Of a stretch of DNA of 64,000 nt, positions 43,177 to 57,600 are shown piece by piece. Below the pieces are notes generated by a model, which worked only from the letters and a program-made list of their open reading frames with translations, was not told the DNA's origin and did no database searches. The stretch comes from the human T2T-CHM13v2.0 reference genome, Homo sapiens, in assembly GCF_009914755.1 (NCBI RefSeq), contig NC_060930.1; one strand, written 5' to 3'. Every line of letters begins with the position of its first letter. Positions within the stretch are counted from its first letter, which is position 1. A program made the position numbers and the translations under genes.

Positions 43177-43737
43177 GTGAGGAGGTGACCCCGGGGCGCA
43201 CCCTCGAGGCCTGGCCTTGCTTTTCTTACGGAGATGGGATGGAAGCAGGTCTGAATAGCAGCTCTGTGTATATTAAAGTACCGTGGGAAGGGGTTCTTTT
43301 TAAAGACCCCTAATTTGTATCCAGTTAGCATTTGCAGTGTTTGGGGTTCCCAAAAGCAAGTACAGAGCAGCAGTGTTTGGTGATGGGTTGGAAGTGTGAC
43401 CAGGGTTATATGTGAGTGGGTGCCAGTCCTGAAGGGAATACTTCAGACCTCTGGGGGTAGGTGGAATTATTGTCTTGTCCTTCCAGTAGAGCCTGTGCTG
43501 AGCTATCCCTGTAAGCTTAGATCTCTGGCTTGAGAAGAGTTCAGGCTGAAAGGATTGAGTTGAAGAATGGCTCTCCTCTTGCACAGAAAGCCATAGGTGT
43601 GGTCTAGACCACTGCACGGTGGCCAGGCCTTTCCTGAAGAATGCTGCATACAGCTCATACCGCTTCTCACCTTCCTCCAGGCTCCGAGAGCCGACACAGC
43701 AGCATTTTCAGCCATTCAGTTGTGTCATCCACTGTAG

Positions 43738-44478
<741 letters not shown>

Positions 44479-45571
44479 GAACCTGATGACAGTATACTCG
44501 CTGCCTCACCCTGCTCCATAGAGCCTACTGTTACTCTCATCAGGGTTAGCGCCGATGACAAGCTATACAAAATGGGTACAGGAGCAAAGGTTCTCCATCT
44601 GCAGAGGGAAGTTGCCTGTGAATCGGCTGGTTGCCTTTTTCCAGGAAAGTTCAGGCTTCTCCCTCCAATTTTCAGACTCTATCCGGTGCTGGAGTGGAAA
44701 CCTAAGCCCTCCCTGACTGACACCCTTTATTTCCTACCACTCATTCCACACCCAGAGGGTCATTTTGAGGACCTGGGATTCAGATGTATTATATAAGGTT
44801 CATACCAAGCTAGCAGCAAAATCTCAGAACTCCACTGAGATTTGTAGGTGGGGGGATTGGGGGGAGTGGGGTGTATTCTACCAGAGTTCTATTCATCCGT
44901 GGGGTTCTAGCGGACTTACTTCAGTTCTCATTCTCCTCAAGTCTCTTTCTCTTGGTGGTGAACCCCAATAAAGATATTATAGTATGGGAAAAGCAGGATG
45001 GGAAAGATCGATGGGGACTGCACCAATCAGAAATGAGGGATTCACTCCTTCCAGGTAGCCCCCGAGGCCCTCTTTCCCCCAAGCGGTCCCTGATAGAGGA
45101 GGAGGTTGCATGGTTGGGTAAGGAGGAGGCACTAAGCTGGACCTATGTTCAAGAAGCTTCGTGCTTTACCAGCAACGGTTGTCATCATCCAAGGGCCTGC
45201 ACATGTGTCCTCTGTGCCAGAATGTAAGTGGAGCTTTCATGGGTGAGCAGCAGCTAGGTGCTTTGCCTGGAGTACCTTTTTCACCCTCGTGGCTGCATCT
45301 GTTTTGGGTTCTTAAAAAAATTATAGAATCAAGAAGACCAGAGCAGGCTATGGCACAAACAGAAACCAAAGAGCTGAAAGAAAAAACGTCTTCTGTAATT
45401 TCAGCAGGGTTTAGGTATAATAGAAAAAAAAAGATTCAGCAGTAGCAAGACTCAGTTCTGAAAGTGGATTCAAATCTTTAACAGGGAAGGAAATTGCTGA
45501 GGAAATTAGAACCTTAATCCAAAGGCTTCAGCCTGAGCCTTGCGGCTGCACCTGTCTTACCTCTGTCTGAG

Positions 45572-45594
45572 TCTCTCTCTCTCTCTCTCTCTCT
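45572..45594. repeat. (CT)n microsatellite
   Basis: tctctctc run. Confidence 0.85.
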
Positions 45595-46118
45595 TAGTTT
45601 TCAGCCCGTGACCATGATCTTGTCATGAGAATGCTTCCCGACTTTGACAAATTACTTATGGCACAGTTATGTACACATTGCTGGTTCTTTCCCAATCATT
45701 ATTTCATTCTCACGCTGTGCCCGGGAGGCAAAGTACCTTCATTTTACGGATGAGCAGACTTAAGCATCAGCAAAAAAGGAATTTGTAAAAGGCGACACCA
45801 CCACTTAGCAGAGAAGCAACAGTGAGAATCTAGAAATTTCCAAGAAGCCCCAGGAAGGCCATGGAAATATCTTACGAAAATGAAATGTCAGTAATTGCAG
45901 GCACAAGTGTACAGACGCCTGTCTGGGGTCACGGAGTGCTGAGCCCTGAACCATCCTGGGTATGGCCAATGACTGGTTTCCTGAGCTTGGGGCTCTAAAC
46001 CGGCTGATGGTTTAAGTAGCTGGATTTTACCCAAGGGTAGTCCTGCCTGTTCAGCAACCAAGAGTTAAGCCCCTTTTGAAATTCTAGATAATGAATGTCT
46101 GGTCAAGAGATGCTCTTC

Positions 46119-46448
<330 letters not shown>

Positions 46449-47560
46449 CTAGAGTTTTGCCTAGATTTCAGATTTCCTTCTGGTAATACACACATCTGGT
46501 AATATACACATGTGTAATATACACATATTCTGGTAATATATACATGTGTCTGGACCACATCCCCATTTTGCAGTGAGGGGACATGACCTGTGTTACCCAA
46601 GTAACAATCAAGCAGTGTTACCTGGTGGCTTTGTGAAGAGAGGGACATGGGCTCAGTGGGGACAGTGAAATGTTGCTTAGTGTTCATGCCATAGGCCAGA
46701 CTTGAGTTTCTAAATACTCCTCTGAAAATGTGAACGTTGCTATCCAAAGCCTGGAAGCCTCTGGTGCTAAGACAGGTCTTGGTTCTCCTCTGATTCCACC
46801 TTGCTTGGACCCACACATGTGCAGGGTGATAGGTGTAGTGACCTGTAAGAGAACAGGGAGTCGAACTGGGGGTGGCCAGTGTACCCAGCAAAGCAGAAAG
46901 ACAGGCAGGCTATCAAAACAGAGCCACTTCAATGAAATCACCTTGCTGGTGATTTCCACGTAAGCTGGTAGGACCTGCGCTATCCATTTTATGTCCTCCT
47001 CGTCCTGGTCGTCCCCCTTGAAGACACTTGATTTCTGATCTTAGAGCAGACAGGCGGGAGGTGAAGCTCTGGACTTTTCCTGTTGTTGACGTAGGAGGAC
47101 AGGAGGCTGTTTCCAGGGGGGAATCGGCCAGGGCCATTCTGGGGGCATTTTGGGCTCCTGGTTGTTGGGAAGTTGGTGTGCATGTTGAGGTAGAATAGAA
47201 AGGTAAAGGTGGTTTCTGTTAGCAGCAGAGGGGAGCACGTTGCTGGAGAGAATGGCACCAAGCAGGGTGTTATGGGTCCCTGACTCCTTCAAGCGCTGCT
47301 CACCAGGACTTTCCTCTCCGCAACATGCAGGGCAGCCAGCAATGAGCCCGTGCCCTTTGGGCGGGAGGAATGTGTTCATCTGAGATGCTGGTGATCATCT
47401 TGGCACTTGGTAGAAATGTGGGGATGGGGTCAGAGGGTGGGGTCTGGTTTTCTGAGTGCCTTGGGGGCTACAGAAAGTGCTGGAGCTGGGAGTAATTCTA
47501 ATTGGGCTCTTAAGGTGGGGCGGGAAACTAGATAAAAAGAAAACTTCTATCGTCTTCCAG

Positions 47561-47741
47561 AGCCTCTGAGGGTAAGACTGTGGAAGTTCCTTACAAAGGA
47601 GATGTGGAAAACACTATCCTGGATATTCTCGGGGGACTGAGGTCCACGTGCACCTACGTGGGGGCCGCCAAACTCAAGGAGCTCAGCAGGAGGGCAACAT
47701 TCATCCGGGTGACCCAGCAGCACAACACCGTGTTCAGCTAA
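47561..47741 (+). CDS. GMPR: GMP reductase 1, coding part of terminal exon 9 ([10 protein letters not shown]...[12 protein letters not shown]...NTVFS*)
   Basis: ttccag|AGC acceptor; TAA at 47739-47741; SEGK and GGLRS motifs. Confidence 0.97.
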
Positions 47742-48103
47742 CCCTGGGGACAAAGCAGCGTCTGGCTCGAGTGGAAGCGTCCAAACCTGCTTTTCCCATC
47801 TCCCCCCAAGTCTGTTCCGTCAGAGCTTCTGGCTGCTCCTGAATGGTGGAATGCTGTGTCCTCTCTTCTGTCTCCTGCCGCCTGGAGGCTTCGGGGCTCT
47901 CCCGCCTGCCTTCTCGGGGCCCAGACGCAAGGCACCGATTGGGCCAACATCAGAGCCCTGCTGCCCAGAACTCATAACCTCATTGTTCAAACCAACACTT
48001 GCACCTTTCTCTTTTTCTCTTTCTCTCTCCCTTTCTTTGTTTTTCTTTCTTTTTTAAAAGAAGATGGTTTCACTTTAATATAATGCTATTATCTTAAGAC
48101 TTA
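47742..48103 (+). other. GMPR: GMPR 3'UTR (end approximate)
   Basis: Follows the stop codon; contains a pyrimidine tract (~48005-48056) and variant polyA hexamer AATATA, followed by GU/U-rich sequence. Confidence 0.7.
48077..48082 (+). terminator. Probable GMPR polyadenylation signal (variant AATATA)
   Basis: Only PAS-like hexamer seen after the stop; GU-rich gtttgtattt/ggtttgggatttgtttt downstream. Confidence 0.6.
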
Positions 48104-49211
48104 ATGGAGTTGCTGGAGTTTGTATTTCCAGGAGTCAAGTTGAATGGTTTGGGATTTGTTTTGCTACCTTCCTAGACAGGCTGATGGCAAGCCTCTCCCG
48201 GCGATTAGCAGACAAGTCACCTTAGGAGGGGCAAGGAGAGGAGGACAGTGCGGGGGCCAAGGGTGGACAGGCCGGAGTCAAAGTAACTGGCATCCCTCAC
48301 CTCTAGCTTTTGGTTGCTGCAAAAGAACAAAAGCAATTAACTGGACAGATGAACATGAATTGTTTTCCCAGCTGATACTCACAAAGTTGAGCCAATGTGT
48401 TTTCCCCGAGTTTCATTACATGTGCTTTTCAGGGACAAGTCATCTGTCGCTACCAGTTTGCTGTTGCCTCTAGGAAGCTGTCCCTGTCCTGGCTTCTCAT
48501 TTCGTTTTGTTTTCCTCCATCTTTTTTTTCCCCCTTCTCAGTCCCAACTTGTCTTAATTTGAAATTCCACAGGATGTTTTATGGGAAGGTTGTCTCCCAA
48601 GAAATTAGCAGGTGGAGTCACACTGAAAAAGAGCCAAAGCTTTGATCAGTGGCATCCTAAAAGGCATTGGTTTGAGACATGAGTTAGAGCCATTCCCTCA
48701 GTGTGCCAGTGAATCCTTTCTCGGAAGGACCACATGGCACTACTGTATAAGGGTCAGTTAACGGGTTGGGAACAATGACATTGTCTTGGAGAATTGGCCT
48801 CTGCAGCTGACCTGCAGCAGTCCACCAGGATGCTTGTTTAAACAGTGAACGCAGAAGAAGTGATGACCGGCCGCTAAACTTTGAAGTATTGAGTTCCAGG
48901 CCTGGAAAGCGTATGCAGATCAGGTTGTTTTACTTTGCTTTTTAATAAGGCTGAAGAGCAGATACACAAGTCAGTTTTCTTTGGAAAGGCAAGCAATGAC
49001 CCTGGAGTAGAGAAGATCCACAGGGTGCTGCTGTGCCAGGGTGAATGAATGGCCTGATTGTCCACAGTGACCGATGGCATGAGAAGGGTCCAACCAGAGC
49101 TGTCACACTCTGGGATAATACAGGCCCACTGTTGGTCCTTTAAGATTATGTTTAGAGATCCAGCCAGCAGCATTGTCTCCATTGTAATACTTTCCCCTAC
49201 TAAATCCATTA

Positions 49212-49529
<318 letters not shown>

Positions 49530-49684
49530 CATTAAGAATAACTCTTGCACCTGTAGAAACACAAGGGCTGCACTTTGGAGACGGGAGGGCCAAGAGGCGA
49601 TTTAACGTGGAGCAAGACATGGGGCTTGGCTGCAGGCTCCCCGCCTTGCTCTCTGTGGTCTTCCAGCTGCTTGTAACTGAGTAG

Positions 49685-50173
<489 letters not shown>

Positions 50174-50942
50174 TGAAGCATGCAGCTTTGCTGCTGACCC
50201 ACTGGGCTTCCTGTGCCAGAGCTGGGGGAGGAGGAGGACAGCCAGTGAACTCGACGCCATTTGCCTTGGGCCACTCTGGCCGTTCCATCTGAGGGCTCTG
50301 GCAGTGCTTTTGATGGTTTCAAGTCCTGCCCCGCTGCAGCACCTGAAGGTATGGTTCCCCCTAATTGATTTCACCAGCTGAGGTAAGTAACACAGCCACT
50401 GGACCCCAAACTTGTCAGAACAATCAGTATCTCACACAAACAAAAAGGGAAGGCAGAGATGCAGACTGCTTTGCCGAGTTTGCCCACAGCACACAGGCAC
50501 ATTTGCCCGGGCTACTCCACAGGACCTGGGGCAGCCCTTGTAGCCTGAGTTGCACCTACACAGCTCTGGTTTGCTGTGTGTCCTTTCACATATTTATTAT
50601 ATAATGTGTCAGGACCTCAACTAAATAATCAGAGGAGAGTCCAAAACACCTTCCCAAGAAGATAGTTCCTCCTTGGCTAAGTGAAAATGAATTTAACCCC
50701 AAGCGTTCTCCCACCTCTGTGTAACCTTGAGGCTGGAAGGTCTTGAGGTGGGTTGAGGTGGGTTGAGGTGGGTGCAGGGGATTCCACCTGGAAGCTATGG
50801 GTTCTTGAGGAATTACTTTTTCTGGCACAACTGCTAAGCCATATCTTTCCAAGACTGGGCCCAGTGCAAAGCTGTAATGTGGTACTCTTGAGGTAAACGG
50901 GGAGTTCCTCCACATGCTGAGAGACCTGCTCGAGGAGTTGGG

Positions 50943-51236
50943 TTTTTTTTTTGTTTTTGAGGCAGAGTTTTGCTCTGTCGCCCAGGCTGGAGTGCAGCGG
51001 TATGATTATGGCTCACTGCAGCCTCGACCTCCTGGCCCCAGGCGATCCTCCCACCTCAGTCCCCTAAGTAGCTGGGACCATAGGTATGTGCCACCACACC
51101 CGGCTAATTTCATTTTTTGTAGAGATGAGGTCTTACTATGTTGACTAGGCTGGTCTCGAACTCCTGGGCTCAAGCAGGCCTTGTGCCTCGGCCTCCCCAA
51201 CTGTTGGGATTATGGGCGTGAGCCACTGTGCCCGGT
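50943..51236 (-). mobile_element. AluJ-like
   Basis: Antisense Alu consensus. Confidence 0.88.
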
Positions 51237-51667
51237 CTGCTCGCTGAATTTCTAATGAGCTTGAATTACAGGAAGTAAAAATAAATTTTCCACTTACAGA
51301 CCACTAACCAGTTTAGAGCAAATCTGTAAGGAGTGTATAGATTATGCCACACGAGCGCATGAAGCTACCACATGTTTAAAGACAAGTATACCTCTTGTGA
51401 ACAGCAGTGTTCAGCTAGGAGGCATAAACATGAACTGAAGAAACCAAGACATCAGGTGTGGCTGTGTGCCTTTTATCTTAGAACCTCATCTCACACGTAC
51501 TCTTCCCCCCAAAACATTAGCAGCGAAGGCAATGCCTCATGTCACACCTCCCTACCTCCGACCTACCCAGGGAGAACTCGTGAGCGGGGGTCAATAAGGA
51601 GGAGGAATTAGCACTCTTTTCCTGGCCTCTTCCTTGAGGACCCAACAGAAGGCAAAGACACACATCT

Positions 51668-54600
51668 GCAATTGGCACTGTTATTTTATTAGTACGAGTA
51701 TACTGAAACAATAAACTTGTACTGGTATACAGACAATTTATTTAAAACAATTTTGTTCAAATTTTGAATCAAACATTGTTTTATTATAATAATGAAATAA
51801 TTTCTACCTAGAAAACCTGCAAGCACCATCAAAGAAAGGGACCATAAAATTCAATAAACAGACTCGAGTGTATCCTACAAATAGACACACCACGATTAGA
51901 AAATAGAATATGAATTCTTCCATTTTTTAATATTTGTTTAAAAAAGCTAGTGCAAGTACAATATTTTACACTGGAATTACAGAGAGTATGCACGCATATG
52001 GAAAAAAGTTCTCCTGTCACAATAAAAGCTCTTAACTATTATGTATGCACTTAAAATTTTCTTTTCAATAAGGTGCAAAACATCATTCCTTCCCTAGTTC
52101 TCCTCTGTACTGGCCATGTCAGTCTGGTAGTGCCCTCAACCCAAGTTCTGGTGTCTGTTTTCCCTTGGCCTGTGGGAGGCATATGGTGGGTAATGATCTG
52201 ATATTAAAACATCCAGTAGTACGAGTCTCAGAGATGGCTCTGGAGCCAGGACTCCACTGGCTGGAAATGAAGACTGTCTAATCTGAAGGTCACCACAAAT
52301 ACTGACAGGACTATCTTGAAACCTCCTTTCGGCTGACACTAATTTGGGTTTAGAGTTGAGCAGTTCAGGCTGGGGAGATGAGGAAACCCCGCCAAAAAGG
52401 GCAGTATTCACAGAACTGAATGCACAGGTATCAAGTTCAAATGCACTAACTAAAGGATTTACCCCACTCCTGGGCCAGAAAACTGAAAGAGTAGGTGGTT
52501 CCTGTAAGAACCAGAGAAAACCTGTGCACCGAGCTTCTTGGTAACTGCTCTGAAGACAACAGCTTGAGCTAGTGTCACCTAATACTTGGTATTCTGGAGG
52601 ACAGTATGTTATCTTGGTAAGGATTACTGTAAACAACACTTCCAACGAAGGCCTTCAGATTGGCCACAGAAAAGGAGACAGGCTCATTGGCCATCCAGAC
52701 AGCAAACAAACTAAAGGGAAAGAAAACGTGGGTGAAGCCTCCAATGTATCTGCAGTGGAAGACTTGAGTCCTTTCAGATAAGAAAAGTTATGGAAATTCT
52801 TAGAGATTGTTGTTATTGTATAGATACTACCTATTGGCCAAATGCACTTAATTTTAATACAGTTGAACCATTTGTATGCAAGTCATGGGGACATGAAAAA
52901 CTGAAGCCGGTGTTCCCTCCCGCCATTACACAGGAGAAAGTTAGCTACCAGAACAGTTGCCTTCAACGAGAAGGGAGGGGACGAGATTCTGAATTTAAGA
53001 ATTGTAAGTGGGGGTGCTTAATATCCCCACAGCTGTCCAGTTTCCACTGTCCGGCTTGATTTTTGGACAGGAATACTATTCTGAGAAGATGCTCCGTATT
53101 TATTCTGGCCTCTTTATATTAAATAAAAATCAAAATAAAACTAAAATAAAATGAGGCATTTACATTGAAATCATGTTTTTACTCCCCCCATTTAAATGAG
53201 GTGTGGGGGGAAAGAAGGTGAAATAATTTTTTTTTTTGTCCCCATAATGAGTCCTGTTTGATTGGTAGCCTGGATCCCTTGTTACAAACACTTCGTGTTC
53301 AAGATTATATTCTTTGGGTTTATAGGAACAGGAAGTGCTGAAAATGTCAAACATCATCTCTGAAGAAAAAGAAGTTGCAATGGCTTAAGAGTTTAGACTA
53401 AGAAGGGAGCTCAGAGAAGTACTTTCAGCATAGGAATGAACAGTATTCTCAAATCGCAGAATACCGAGTTCCCCTCCCTCAGACGAGGGCTATATGTAAC
53501 AAAAATAACAATAAGCATAGGTATAGTTTAAGAGCCTTTTACGTAGTAATTCTTCCAGGCCATAACCATACAAATCTGATCATTTAGACATGACAAATTT
53601 CTATATACAAAAAAACATGTAACTTTCAACCCTTCTCTGCTTTTTTTTTTTTACAAACAAAGTATGAAACTCATTGTTTCAACAGAGCCATATCTTTCAA
53701 ACACTGAATGAATCATTTCGACATTCATTTTTCTTTTGTGCAATTTTTTAAAACATTACCTGTACTCCTCAAAGTGAGTGCTTCAAAATTTTGTTTTCTT
53801 CAGCTTCTCAAATCAGGTGTACATTTAAAAAAAAATTCCCACAAGGTATAGTGCTACAAGAAAAGATCCTATCATCAGTAAGGTAATGTATTTGAAGCGA
53901 GGTCATCTATGTAAAAGAAATCTCAGCTCCGGAGTAGAGGTGTGCAAGTTGTTTGGAGTTTCCCTATGCCAGAAACACAACACTGTCCGTGGAAAAGAGA
54001 GGAAACCAACCCAACACAATAGCAGATGCATGTGCTTTATAAAAAAGTATATTCTCTGTATATTTATTACTTGATGTGTTCTTAAATTCTCTATTTCAGA
54101 AATTCTGGGTTAAAAACAAATGTGGAAGCAAAGGCCTCCACGCCACTTAAAAAAAAAAAAAGTGTAATTCTCTCCTTTCACATCACCACCGAAGAAACCG
54201 AATTGGGCCATGGAGTCTGCTGGCCCTGTTTTCACCTGGTGCAAATTGAAGTGCAAAGGGTTTCAGAAGGCAACAGACCAGTCTGTTGAGCTGCTTGTGG
54301 TTCATGAAACAGTAGCCATGACAACCAACACAGCTCAAGAAGCCCGGCCTTCGGTACCGAGAGCTCTGCTTCCTCACCCATATCTGAAATAGCACGGTAT
54401 TAGTGTCTTCAAAAGCATTGGAGATTTTTCTCTCTATGAAAGAAATAGGTTTCCTTAGTAGTCACAGATGTTAAAGGGTATTGTCAATCGTTTCCTTAAA
54501 AAACAAAACAAAACAAAATCCAGAGCTACAACAACAAAAATAAATTTTGGCAACATATTTCAGTAAAGATCAAACTGTGCAAAGAGTGGATTTTATGATT

Positions 54601-57600
54601 ACTAGGAGCTACTGTTCATCTTGAACATGCAGCATTATATTGCAATCTATGCGGTATCTAAGGAGTAATCCACAAGATGCAGGAAATCCAAACATTCCTT
54701 GAAATTGTACAACCCTACTCCAGAGCAGTCAAAGTGCTGCTTCTGGACACGTCAGTGTACCACACACACACCTGCCCCGTCCCTGAGAAAGAGGTGTGAA
54801 AGGTTCCGCAGAGTCCCTTTAGGGGAGAAGGAGGGATGCTGCCACTTCCTGGTGGGGGGAAAAAACCCAACACACTCACCTAACAGAAAACATAGAGGCT
54901 CACAATTCCAAGTTAGAAATGGGATCAACAACAACAGAAATCAAATCATCCCAAACTAAACTGGGTGAGTTAGGGAAAACGAAAAGTTGACCAACATAGA
55001 AAATTATCCTGAAAGTCCAAATGAAAATTCAATTTGGATTTCCACTTTAAAAGATCTGAGGTAAGTGGCATCCATCTCTGTATCCCTCCCTCCCCCCTCT
55101 GCCCCAGTGTGGCCCAGACAAACTGAAATAATTCTTAAGTTAAACATTCTAAGGAACAGTCATTTTATATATTTAGAAATCCCTAGAAAGAGAGGTTCTT
55201 GTTTGTTGGTTTCTTATTAATAGTATTATTTTTTTCTTTTCGCCCTGACTAATTTCTTGGTGATTGTGTTCCATTGTAAACGCAAAAGGCCTGCTGTTAC
55301 TAGTTTAAAAATGGAAAACAGGAAAGAAAGAACAAAAGACGGCTGTCGGTAAATATTGCAAAGTGGACATAGTACAGAGGCACATGGCTGATCCTTGTAA
55401 GCTGAACGGCACCGAAGAATTTCTACCCCTGTCATCGTTAATGTTTGCTACACAGAAGCGGTGACAGAGGCTGCTCTGGGAGCCTCGGGGCCCGCCAACG
55501 TCTGCAAACAGGAGGCTCCTGCCCTCTGTGCGTTCTTCCTATTTGAAGAGAAAGCTGCCACAAGGGAGTGGTGACCGTGGGTGGCAGGTGGTCCCCTCCA
55601 CAGCCACTGGCCAACACGCTCAGAACGCACACACACAACAGGCCACACTTCCCGTCCAGGCTCAGAGGCAGGGCTCCAAGTCTCAAGGACACAGACCCCG
55701 AGGAGGGGCCTGCCCACTTGCAGAAAAGACCGTGGAAAATGGGTTGACTCCAGGCTACATGGCTCCAGAGTGCGTCTTAGAAATGAATCTGCCTCCTTCC
55801 TCTCCACACTCCACATTCACTATTCCGTGTGGTGACAGGGGACACTGCGGTTCCTCCCCCGGGTCTCCTTGGCTGGCTCTTTCTGCAACGTGGCGGCAGA
55901 CGCACGGGGCTCCTGAAGGCTCCCCGCCCCAGCACTCAGCATCCGCAGCAGGGGAAAGGTGGGAGGCTCTCTCCCTCCTGGCTCCTTCCCTCCAGCCCTG
56001 CTCTGGCCAGAATGGGGAAGATCAACCAAACAAGGAAAAAGCCAAAAGGGAATGAGCTTTAACTATATAGCACACTGGTCAGACTCTATTGGCACAGAAA
56101 GTATTGCACATGCTAAAAAAGCAAGAGAATGAAATGGGACAAGTGTTTAGAAAGAACCAATTATTTTATAATTCCTATACCTGAAATAGAACCACAAAAA
56201 TTATGATGATGTTCCTATTGCTCCAAACCATGTGTGTTTTCCCATCTTAGTGTTGGTTTAGTGGATCCAGTCAATTCAATACTCGAAGTAAGCCAAAAGG
56301 TGGTGTGTGTTTTTCTGAGTCCACATGAGTTGTAAATAGTGATATTAATGAGAACAAAGTCTATGTGGCAGCCCGTATTCCTCTTACCATCAAAGGCTAA
56401 AAAACAAAAAGAAAAACAAAACCTAATAATTGCAAGTGCCCTGAGCAGAATATATGGAAGATTAAGCAAGTTCTCTGAACAGAAACGTTTAAAAAATACA
56501 GCACTAAATAAGCAGTATGACTGCAAGAATGAGCCCACCCAGCTCTCTGCAAGCATGCTGAGAGGGTAATGAAATTCGAGGAAAGTCAAGGAACTATTCT
56601 AGCTATTCTAAACCTATTCAAATGTTTTTGGTACACCCCAGAAAACGGTTTATAAAAATCATTAGTCCTGGTGAACCCTAAATGTAAATGAATACTAGAC
56701 AGCCAAAATGTGGGTTGATACCAGATTTTTTTTTTAATTTGTGAAACGAAGAAAGTACTATTTTCAATGGGGTAAAAGAAAAGTCAGGTATTTGTTCAGT
56801 TTAGTTGCAGCCATCCAAGTAAGAATATTTAAAAATTTCTCCCTACTTATAAAACTTTTTTTTAAAGCACTTTAAAGATGCATTCAAAACCCACAAATGA
56901 TATTTCGGATCTCTGGGAATGAAAGGTTTAAAAACTATGAAATACCCTTTCTGGGTTTGTACCAAACATTAAATCTCGATTTGATTTTGAATAGAAAAAA
57001 AAAAGCCATTCTGAAAATAACATTAATAACAACAATAATAAAGTAATTGTTTAAAAAAAATCTTGCTCACATATATAAATGTCTTTATGGAAAACTCTCT
57101 CAATGAATCTGAAGAAAATTCTCAGAGTTTCTAAGAGCCCGCTAAGACCTGGCTTTTTGTGACAGATGTGGTAAAAAGACCAAAATGAATTTTCAAAGGA
57201 ACATAACCTTATAAAATGGCCTAGAGTTTAGGCAGGTTAGAAAGAAATTTTGCTACATTTATTTATGCTCGTTCAGTCCCCCAAACCTTTCCCACAATGT
57301 TATTGGATAAAAACTGCAGGAATATCACACAAGTTATAAACTCAATATGTGCAAATCGCAAGGTTCTTTAAAAGTTCATCTTAAAAAGAAAAACACTGGA
57401 CAAAAATGAGTATTCTCTTCTCCATCCCTTTTCTCTCAGTTTCTCTGCCAACTCTGCATATGCCTTGAACTGATTCTCAGACATCAAAGTGAAAAGTGCC
57501 TCCCGTCAGGTAGTACTTGGTGGTCATTTATTGTCACATACTAGTTCATAATTCACATTCATCCCTTTAAACCACATTGAAACTTTCAATATCTTGCTCT

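Noticed and set aside
52136-52645. 169-aa sense ORF in the distal ATXN1 3'UTR
   Set aside because: TTG start with no internal Met and no recognisable domain; would need Ribo-seq/PhyloCSF support.
55528-56055. 175-aa + strand ORF antisense to the ATXN1 UTR
   Set aside because: Non-ATG start in a GC-rich patch; length compatible with chance.
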